DNA of 41,721 nt from a virus (Duplodnaviria > Caudoviricetes). This document shows positions 28,390-36,086 of the stretch, in pieces. The stretch covers positions 1 through 41,721 of the IMG/VR virus record IMGVR_UViG_3300029822_000023; one strand, given 5' to 3'. The translations under genes and the position numbers were made by a program. Numbering within the stretch: the stretch's first letter is position 1; each line of letters begins with the position of its first letter. Under the pieces are notes generated by a model. The model did not search any database, was not told the origin of the DNA, and saw nothing but the letters and a program-made list of their open reading frames with translations.

Positions 28390-28677
28390 ATGAAAAAAAT
28401 AAACTTTGAAGAAATGGAGTTTTATCTCAATATTGAGAAAACTCAAAAAAGAACACAAAATGTAAAAAGCCAATTTGCTAACGCTATATATGTTGGTGCA
28501 ACCGGCATTGAAATGCATGCTTTAGCAATGAAGATATATGAGTCAAAGGGTGAGACTGAGTTTACAGATAAAGAGTGTAGTATGATTCAGCAAGTAACAA
28601 ACCAGTTTACACCTATGTTTATTGATGCAATAAACAACGTTCTCGACAAACAGGATAACAACAAAAATGAAAAATAA
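28390..28677 (+). CDS. Hypothetical protein
   Basis: ATG 28390; between the fibre and DGR target genes. Confidence 0.65.
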   Translation: MKKINFEEMEFYLNIEKTQKRTQNVKSQFANAIYVGATGIEMHALAMKIYESKGETEFTDKECSMIQQVTNQFTPMFIDAINNVLDKQDNNKNEK

Positions 28678-28683
28678 AAAATT

Positions 28684-30063
28684 ATGGCAACAGAAACTCA
28701 AGAAGTAAAATTACTCGAAGATCTTGCATCATTTGACATTGCTGATAAACTAATGGTATACAGCAAAAAATACAACAAATTAGGCTTTCTGCCTGCAGGT
28801 CTTTTAAGCAGTAGTTCCGGTTACGCTGCACGTCGCTGGAATGTAAATAACAGTTCTCCTATTGGTGAAGCAGTCGGAGACATTGATTATCTGAGAAACC
28901 TTCCATCCTTACTTGGACTTGGATGTTATCTAGTTGACAATAATCACAACCGGCGCAAGCTCGATCCTACAAATCATTACAAGTTTGCCGACGGAAATGT
29001 AGCAGCTCTTGATGGCTCAATGGGACATTACATGTGGGGTTGGGGAACAAACTGGTATTACAGCTGGTGGGTTGAAGGTAATTATTACTACGAAGCTGCA
29101 TCCTTAAAACCAATTCTTGGAAGAATGAATTATGCTATACCGGTCGCAAGTATGTCAGCAATTGGCGGTTCAGTTGTAGACAGAGATACAAATACACTTG
29201 TATCATATATTAATAATTCTGCAAGATATCGAGGCGGCAATAATGATGCAACAAAAGATGCGACTTATACTACTCAGCTTGGACGTACAGCGTCATATAT
29301 ATCTCCAATAGAGTGCAGTACTATGGCAGTGAAAAATGGCAATGGTTGGAATTCTTTATTTTACGGTCATCATGCAATGGCAGCAGCTTTATCAAGAATA
29401 ATATTTGGAACACGTCACCTTCAAGCTGGTTTTAATCCTAATAAAGATGTAAATGGCTTGTTTCAGGGTGGTCTTGGTGTTGGCGTTTCAGCAGCAGGTT
29501 CATGGTGGAGCGATGCAGATAAATTTAATTATTACGGGTTTTTGCCAACAGATACTGGTGTCAATCTAGCTGATGGATGTGGTCAAGTTCCATTTACAGT
29601 TAAAGGAGCATCCGATGAGACTTTGCAATCTGTTAATGTTCCTGTATTTTTTGGTTACAAAAATATGTTCGGTTATCAAAATAAGTGGGAATATGGCATC
29701 ATAATTCAAAAAGCAGCTGACGGTTCTACAGGCGATGTATATGTTTTACCAAAATTCTATTCAGAATTTAATTATAATTCGCTCGCCGGCCTTAAAAAAG
29801 TTGGAACAATTCCCGCCGGTAATGGATATATCTCTCAACTAAATATGACACATCTATGCCACAAACCAACAGGGAATATTGGCTCATCATCAACCTATTA
29901 TGCCGACTATCAAAATAATAACACCTCTACTGGCCTTCGCGTTTCTGCTGTTGGTGGTAGTGCTCACGCTGGTGGCGCTGCTGGCCCGGAGTACTTGAGT
30001 GCGAATGCTGCGTCCTCGACGGTCCTTGCTAACGTTGGCTCGCCGCTCAACTTATTTTTGTGA
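28684..30063 (+). CDS. DGR target protein, putative receptor-binding protein with CLec-like C-terminus
   Basis: FGYKNMFGYQNKWE and GLRVSAVGGSA...AGPEYL...NVGSPL resemble Mtd/FGE-type CLec targets; adjacent to an RT. Confidence 0.8.
   Translation: MATETQEVKLLEDLASFDIADKLMVYSKKYNKLGFLPAGLLSSSSGYAARRWNVNNSSPIGEAVGDIDYLRNLPSLLGLGCYLVDNNHNRRKLDPTNHYKFADGNVAALDGSMGHYMWGWGTNWYYSWWVEGNYYYEAASLKPILGRMNYAIPVASMSAIGGSVVDRDTNTLVSYINNSARYRGGNNDATKDATYTTQLGRTASYISPIECSTMAVKNGNGWNSLFYGHHAMAAALSRIIFGTRHLQAGFNPNKDVNGLFQGGLGVGVSAAGSWWSDADKFNYYGFLPTDTGVNLADGCGQVPFTVKGASDETLQSVNVPVFFGYKNMFGYQNKWEYGIIIQKAADGSTGDVYVLPKFYSEFNYNSLAGLKKVGTIPAGNGYISQLNMTHLCHKPTGNIGSSSTYYADYQNNNTSTGLRVSAVGGSAHAGGAAGPEYLSANAASSTVLANVGSPLNLFL
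29932..30051 (+). repeat. DGR variable-repeat-like segment, single copy
   Basis: 40 consecutive codons with no A at position 3; hand count for 29931-30050 is 12 A and 74 G+C in 120 nt, within an AT-rich gene. Confidence 0.75.
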
Positions 30064-30185
30064 ATGTTTGTCAGCTATTCACAAAAAATGAGACAGAACC
30101 TCACCCCACGGTGAAAAATTCACAACAAACATGAAGCGCTGGTAGTGTCCAAATGGATATCGAAAGCGGGGAACTAAAAAAAGCA
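30055..30185 (+). ncRNA. Structured spacer, likely the 3' part of the DGR RNA
   Basis: Hairpins at 30055-30087, 30101-30114 and 30137-30168 (with a GGUA/GAA internal loop), directly upstream of the RT. Confidence 0.55.
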
Positions 30186-30198
30186 GACAACCGATCAT

Positions 30199-30301
30199 AC
30201 ACCGCCCTGGCTATTCCGGCCAATAACACCTCACTTTACACCTATACACAGCATTACACCGTTCAAACACCGCATGACACTTAACCACTTTTTGTCACAC
30301 G
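30199..30301 (+). repeat. ACAC(C) array
   Basis: ACAC at 30199, 30226, 30238, 30246, 30256, 30267, 30277, 30297. Confidence 0.7.
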
Positions 30302-30304
30302 GTT

Positions 30305-31846
30305 ATGAAACGGAAGGGACACATAAATAATGCAAATAAGAAGAATTTTGAAGATGCTTTTTATGGCTATTCAGAAGGGAAACACTACAGAAATGAGGTG
30401 CAACTTTTTGAACAAAACCTTGAAGAGAATCTTCAGCTTCTTCTTGATGCATATGTGGGCAAGTCATGGAAAACGTCTCCTTATCGACCAAAAGAAGTAT
30501 TTAAACCAAAACACCGAATAGTACATTCATCTCCGGTGCCTGATCATGTAATTCAGTGGGCATCCGTATTGCCTATTGAAGAATGGTTGTTTGACACTTT
30601 ACATTTTCGCTCTCCATCATGCGTACCCGGCAAAGGAACGCATCATTTCGTTTACCAGGAGCGTGATGAATTAAGAAAGTATTCGCAAAAGGAGCTTTAC
30701 TACACTGTTCAGCTCGATGTTCACCACTACTTTGAACATATAGATCATAAAATAATGAAAAAGCGGATCCGGCACAAAATAAAGGATCCTGTACTGCTTT
30801 ATTTCCTTGATGAGTTTATTGATAGTTTTGAAGATGGGCTTGTTTTGGGGGTTAAATTGTCTCAGCTGCTTTCAGGCTTATACCTGGCACCATTCGATTA
30901 TTTCGCAATAAGCTGTTTTGGACTTAAGGACAATCCTTCTCTGTTTAAATATTGGCAGGACGTTTATGTCACAAATTCATTTAACACATGTCGCACACGT
31001 GAGCAAGCTCTTGAGTTAGGTAAAGGTGTAGATTATCTTAATAAAAAGTTTGAGAGATTTATAAATGAAGGTCTCCGGCACTACAGCCGATTTGCGGACA
31101 ATATTGTAATCAAACACCAGGACAAAACATTCCTGCATATAATGGTCAGGCTGGCCATCTCAAACCTCAAAAAAGATTATAAACTAGAGGTAAATAAGAG
31201 CTGGAACGTACGTCCAACATGGATGGGAAATGATGTTTGCGGATATGTGTTTTTCCACGAGTATGTGAAACTAAGAAAAAGAAATAAAAAATCGCTCTGC
31301 AGGCAGGTAGCAAAATTGCGAAAGAAAGGCTACTCCGAAGAGGATATCTCTCTTAAAACAGCTTCCCGGATAGGCTTTGCCTCGCATGCAGACACAAAAA
31401 ATTTAATGAACAAACTAAATATGGAAAAGAGACTGGGCAAAGTCATTCGTAAGCGGAAAAGGAAGGCTCCATTTGAAGGTATGCAACCAGATCAGAAGCG
31501 ATCTATTGAAAGCATTGTTTGCACACCATTTGATTCAGAGGATGCAAAAACAATCAGGCTACTGGATTATAATATTCAGGATTCAATAATAAGTAATAAT
31601 GATGACGGTTCACCAAAAGAGAGAATTGTGATAAGATATAATATCTGCACTCACGTCGAGCATCCGGAAGATGAAGGTGGCCAGATAAAATATACATGGA
31701 GCGAACAGGAGTTTTACAGCTTCAGCGGTTCAAAAGTAATGATCGATCAGGCTACAAATGATTTCACAAAGGATGATCTCCCTATTGCTACTGTTGTCAA
31801 AGAATTCAAAAACGCCCATAATAAGAAGTTTTACAAATTTACATAA
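30305..31846 (+). CDS. DGR-class reverse transcriptase with FADN motif and C-terminal extension
   Basis: KPKHRIV, DHVIQ, GKGTH, LDVHHYF, DGR-type LGVKLSQ, YSRFADN, DVCGY. Confidence 0.9.
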   Translation: MKRKGHINNANKKNFEDAFYGYSEGKHYRNEVQLFEQNLEENLQLLLDAYVGKSWKTSPYRPKEVFKPKHRIVHSSPVPDHVIQWASVLPIEEWLFDTLHFRSPSCVPGKGTHHFVYQERDELRKYSQKELYYTVQLDVHHYFEHIDHKIMKKRIRHKIKDPVLLYFLDEFIDSFEDGLVLGVKLSQLLSGLYLAPFDYFAISCFGLKDNPSLFKYWQDVYVTNSFNTCRTREQALELGKGVDYLNKKFERFINEGLRHYSRFADNIVIKHQDKTFLHIMVRLAISNLKKDYKLEVNKSWNVRPTWMGNDVCGYVFFHEYVKLRKRNKKSLCRQVAKLRKKGYSEEDISLKTASRIGFASHADTKNLMNKLNMEKRLGKVIRKRKRKAPFEGMQPDQKRSIESIVCTPFDSEDAKTIRLLDYNIQDSIISNNDDGSPKERIVIRYNICTHVEHPEDEGGQIKYTWSEQEFYSFSGSKVMIDQATNDFTKDDLPIATVVKEFKNAHNKKFYKFT

Positions 31847-31865
31847 ACATCAAAACACCGAAATT

Positions 31866-32243
31866 ATGAACACTGCTATTTACAACACAAAAAAAACTTA
31901 CAATCGCTACGACGATGGTAGGTTCCTACTTTATCTCAACGAAGAGATAATTGAGAATTATGTACCGGAAGATGCTGAGCCGGATACAGATCCAATCACA
32001 GCATATAAATATACCGGTAGTTTTCCGGATGGGGGGACTCTAATTGAAGCTAAAAGTGATACTTACGAAGATTTTGTGTCGGGCCTAGTTCGTACTCGTT
32101 ATTCTGCCGACCAGGTAGAAGCTATTCTGCTTAACATTCAATCTAATAACCCTGAACGCATGGCTGAATTCGAAAATGAACTTAATCAGCTCAATGATTT
32201 TCGGGACGAATGTAAACTGATTGCTTCTATGCTTTTTGAGTAG
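31866..32243 (+). CDS. Hypothetical acidic protein
   Basis: ATG 31866; followed by a terminator. Confidence 0.7.
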   Translation: MNTAIYNTKKTYNRYDDGRFLLYLNEEIIENYVPEDAEPDTDPITAYKYTGSFPDGGTLIEAKSDTYEDFVSGLVRTRYSADQVEAILLNIQSNNPERMAEFENELNQLNDFRDECKLIASMLFE

Positions 32244-32263
32244 ACAATTGTATGATTAGGCTT

Positions 32264-32300
32264 AAGTCGGTTACGTTGTGATAACGTGCCGGCTTTTTTT
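32264..32300 (+). terminator. Intrinsic terminator
   Basis: AAGTCGG-TACGTT...AACGTG-CCGGCTT followed by a T-run. Confidence 0.7.
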
Positions 32301-32335
32301 GTCCCTTGAAACAGCCATTGAATTGCAGAAATTTG
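32301..32335 (+). promoter_or_regulatory. Candidate late promoter motif, copy 4
   Basis: GTCCCTT at 32301; GAAATTTG ending 32335. Confidence 0.6.
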
Positions 32336-32357
32336 CATCAAACCAAATATAGCAACT

Positions 32358-35300
32358 ATGGCTAAAAGAGATCTCAACCGCTCAATAAAAATATTTATTG
32401 ACAATTCTGATGCGATGACTAACGTTGAATCGCTGGAAAAGAAAATGGGTGAACTTCGTGCAGAGCTACAAAAGCTCGATGCTCAGGGTCAGAAAGATTC
32501 AAAAACAAGCAAGACTAAAGAGAGGGAACTCAAACAACTTGAACAATCTTACGGAAATTATCAGAACAAAGTCCGGGAAACAGAAAGGATCCTTAAAAAT
32601 CTATCTGGAGCAACATATAACGAACTACGTAAAACTCGTAACCTTTTACGTCGTGAACTATCTGAAACAACAAAAGGCACTGACAAATATAATGCTATTC
32701 TAAAAAATTTAACTGCAACACAAAAGCAACTAAACATTTCTCAAAAAGAAATGTACGGTACTCTTGGACGTCAGAAATCCGTTATGTCTCGTGTGACTGA
32801 TGGGTTCAATAAATATGGTGCAATTCTGGCCAGTACAATAGCATCAATAACAGGAGTGAGCTTTGCCCTACGTAAACTCAGCCAGGATGCTGCTGCCATG
32901 GATGACGTTTATGCAGATGTTATGAAAACTACCGGTATGACAAAAGATGAAGTCCTGGAGTTAAATGAAGTTTTTAAACAGATGGATACCCGGACATCTC
33001 GAGAACAGTTAAATATGCTTGCGCGTGATGCTGGTAAACTTGGTTTACAATCTCGTGAAGATATACTGGGATTCGTGACAGCTGCAAATCAAATTGATGT
33101 TGCACTTGGTGAAGATCTTGGTGAAGGGGCGGTTCGAGAAGTTGGTAAGATGGTAGATGTTTTCACCAAATCTACACATGAGCTTGAAAATCTTGACCTA
33201 GAAGGGAAAATGCTGGCTGTAGGCTCAGCCATAAATGAGCTGGGCGCATCATCATCTACTCAGGAGGATTATCTTGTCCAGTTTGCCGGTCGGCTAGGCG
33301 GTGTAGCTTCTCAGGCAAATATCGGTATTGATGCCATACTTGGTTTTGCGTCAGTACTTGATCAGGATATGCAGAAAGTTGAAATGTCAGCTACGGCATT
33401 GCAGCAAGTAATCGTGAAAATGATGGGCGAACCTGCAAAATTCGCACAGATCGCAGGAGTCGAAGTCTCTAAATTCACAGAATTAGTAAGAACCGATGCA
33501 AACGAAGCAATAAAGGTATTACTTAGGTCTCTCAATGAACGTGGAGGGTTTCAGGAATTAATACCTTTGTTTGATGAAATGGGACTATCCGGGACCCGTG
33601 CAGTCGGCGTTATTTCATCTTTGGCCAGCAGTGTTGATAAAATTGACGAAGCTCAGCAGATCGCAAATAAAACTATGATCGAGGCTACCAGTCTTACAGA
33701 AGAGTATAATATTAAAAACAACAATGCCAATGCGGAATTAGAAAAACGTCGCAAAGCATTTAAAGATTCGTCTGAAGAGCTTGGGAAACGTCTTAATCCG
33801 GCTCTATTGAAAAGCACTAATATAGTTACATACATAGTAAAATTACTTCCTGCAGTGCTTGACTTCTTTGAGAAATGGGGCAAATGCATTATGTATATGG
33901 TTACTGCTTATGCAGCATATACAGTTGGGGTTAAGATTGCTGCAATGTGGGAAAAACGTCTTGGTCTGGAGCTTACTAAGACTAATGTAATTATGGCTAT
34001 AAAGAATGCCAGACTAAAAGCAGGTCGTGCTTTAACACTAGCTTATGCTGCTGCATCTGCACTTCTCACCGGCAATCTGGCAAAAGCAAGAAAAGCCTGG
34101 CGTTTATTAAATGCTACTATGGCTACAAATCCAATTGGGCTTTTGATGGTAGGCATTACAGCAGCTGTTACTGGATTAATCAAGCTTGTTCAATGGATAA
34201 ACAGGACAAATGCAGCTACAAAAGCCATAAAAAATGCAACAAAAGAATTTAATAATGAGCTCGCCACTGAAACTCGAGAAGCTAATTCACTGTTTGAAGC
34301 TCTACAAAAGACTAATCCGGAAAGCGACACATTTCTTCAAATAAGAAAAGAGATTATTAGCCGTTATGGAAAATATCTACAAGGTTTAATAGATGAAGAG
34401 GGTAATATAACAGATATCGGCAAAGCAATTAATGCTGTTAATAATGGTCTGCGTGAGCAAATAGCTCTTAAAGTTAAAAATCAAGCTGCAGATAAGATAA
34501 CCACCGATTCACTGGACAAACAATTGAAAATTACCGATAAAGTTATGAAGCGGATTGGTAAGCAGGTTGATGATGAGCCGATTCTCTCTTCTATTCGTGA
34601 GACAATCAACCGGACTGTAAGCCAGTTTACTGCTCAGGGTGGTAATGACTATGATAAATTACAGCAGGACCTTCTCCGAGACATACAGCAGACATACGGA
34701 GTCGATGCATATAAAGGTGTTTTCAATGTAAAAAATGTGATTAAGGATCTAGTTAGTGAGGTTAAAAACAGCAGTGAAGCTCTGGACGAAGTCGATCAAC
34801 GTTTCAGTGGAATTATCACTAAACTCACAGATGTAAGTTCAGTAATTCAGGATATAGAGAGTGAAGATGATCCCAATCCCACACCACTTGGGACATCAAC
34901 TGCTACTGAATATGAGAAAGCTCTAAAACGACTAGAAGACTATATAGCAAAAGAAAAAGCAGCTATTCAATGGAAATATGTGAATGGTATAATATCTCAG
35001 GAAGAATATAATAGAGAGCTTGAATATCTCGAGATGGAACGCCTCCGGAAGAATCTAGAACTGGCCGGCTTAACATTTGAACAGCAGCAAGAAATAGAGT
35101 TAAAGCTCTTCGATATGAAAAAAACAATGCTTCAGAAAATCCAGGATGAAGAGCGCGCACATCAGGCAAAGCTTCTGGAAATTCAAGAAAAAGCGGATAA
35201 AGCAAGGGCAGAACAAAATTGGGCAAATCTTAAAGCAATCGCAAAACAAAATGAAGAGCAAGCTAAAATTCAATTTGAAGCCGATTTAAAACAAAAAGCG

Positions 35301-36086
35301 GATTTGGCCTCATTAGGTTTCGATTTTGCAAATGAGATGGGAACCTTAGTTGGAGGGGCTTTGTCTGGCAATGAAGATATAGTTCAGAGTTCACTTAAGA
35401 CTCTTATAAATATGGCACTGGATGCACTTAAAGTACAAGTTCAAATAGCAATAGCTGGTGCAACTGCAACATCTTTAGCTCAACCCGATTCTGTTGCAAC
35501 ATTCGGCGCATCAGGTTTTGCCAGAGCTGCTGTCTTAGTAGGTTTAATTGAGGCTGCTTTTGCTGTGGCAAAGTCAGCTGTAAATGGAGCTTTTAACAAC
35601 AGAGCAACGCAAAACATTCAAGTAAATTCTGATACAGTCGTAGAAGGTGCAAGAGTCCCACAGCGTGCCACTGGTAAGTATGATGTGGTTGGAGCTGATG
35701 ATGGACGAACATACCGGGGAGTGCCCTATAAAGGCATTGCTCAAACCGGGTTTGTTTCTACACCGACTCTTATGGGTGAGCAGGGCCGTGAATTGGTTGT
35801 ATCAGCACCAGACTTGTCGCGTTTGCAAAGGCATATAAACTACCCAATGATAATTAATGCAATCAATGATGCTCGTTCGGGTACTGTCCCGCAACGTGCC
35901 AGTGGGAACTATTCTCAGACCGAGCAAACAATACAACAAGTGTCAACTTTTGATCCTATCTTACTGGCAGAGGTTCGAGACTTGCTTAAGTCACTTTCAA
36001 AAGGTATTCCTGCTTCTGTTTCGCTTACTGAAATTCAGCAAAAGCAAAATCTTCAAAATGCATCACGTAAAATTGGTTCAAAATGA
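32358..36086 (+). CDS. Tail tape measure protein
   Basis: 1242 aa, helical and Ala-rich; ADVMKTTG, AGRLGGVA, NPIGLL motifs. Confidence 0.9.
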   Translation: MAKRDLNRSIKIFIDNSDAMTNVESLEKKMGELRAELQKLDAQGQKDSKTSKTKERELKQLEQSYGNYQNKVRETERILKNLSGATYNELRKTRNLLRRELSETTKGTDKYNAILKNLTATQKQLNISQKEMYGTLGRQKSVMSRVTDGFNKYGAILASTIASITGVSFALRKLSQDAAAMDDVYADVMKTTGMTKDEVLELNEVFKQMDTRTSREQLNMLARDAGKLGLQSREDILGFVTAANQIDVALGEDLGEGAVREVGKMVDVFTKSTHELENLDLEGKMLAVGSAINELGASSSTQEDYLVQFAGRLGGVASQANIGIDAILGFASVLDQDMQKVEMSATALQQVIVKMMGEPAKFAQIAGVEVSKFTELVRTDANEAIKVLLRSLNERGGFQELIPLFDEMGLSGTRAVGVISSLASSVDKIDEAQQIANKTMIEATSLTEEYNIKNNNANAELEKRRKAFKDSSEELGKRLNPALLKSTNIVTYIVKLLPAVLDFFEKWGKCIMYMVTAYAAYTVGVKIAAMWEKRLGLELTKTNVIMAIKNARLKAGRALTLAYAAASALLTGNLAKARKAWRLLNATMATNPIGLLMVGITAAVTGLIKLVQWINRTNAATKAIKNATKEFNNELATETREANSLFEALQKTNPESDTFLQIRKEIISRYGKYLQGLIDEEGNITDIGKAINAVNNGLREQIALKVKNQAADKITTDSLDKQLKITDKVMKRIGKQVDDEPILSSIRETINRTVSQFTAQGGNDYDKLQQDLLRDIQQTYGVDAYKGVFNVKNVIKDLVSEVKNSSEALDEVDQRFSGIITKLTDVSSVIQDIESEDDPNPTPLGTSTATEYEKALKRLEDYIAKEKAAIQWKYVNGIISQEEYNRELEYLEMERLRKNLELAGLTFEQQQEIELKLFDMKKTMLQKIQDEERAHQAKLLEIQEKADKARAEQNWANLKAIAKQNEEQAKIQFEADLKQKADLASLGFDFANEMGTLVGGALSGNEDIVQSSLKTLINMALDALKVQVQIAIAGATATSLAQPDSVATFGASGFARAAVLVGLIEAAFAVAKSAVNGAFNNRATQNIQVNSDTVVEGARVPQRATGKYDVVGADDGRTYRGVPYKGIAQTGFVSTPTLMGEQGRELVVSAPDLSRLQRHINYPMIINAINDARSGTVPQRASGNYSQTEQTIQQVSTFDPILLAEVRDLLKSLSKGIPASVSLTEIQQKQNLQNASRKIGSK

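Noticed and set aside
29917-30232. 11-bp direct repeat AATAACACCTC (29917 and 30222)
   Set aside because: Too short and does not extend; may be chance given the ACAC-rich context.
30064-30304. Template repeat, or retron msr-msd, in the spacer
   Set aside because: No alignment to the VR and no AAY-rich frame. The RT has the DGR LGxxxSQ motif, not retron NAxxH/VTG, and no long flanking inverted repeats are visible.
35650-35915. Duplicated VPQRA.G.Y peptide in the tape measure C-terminus as a second TR/VR pair
   Set aside because: About 27 nt, in-frame, and the differences are not adenine-specific.
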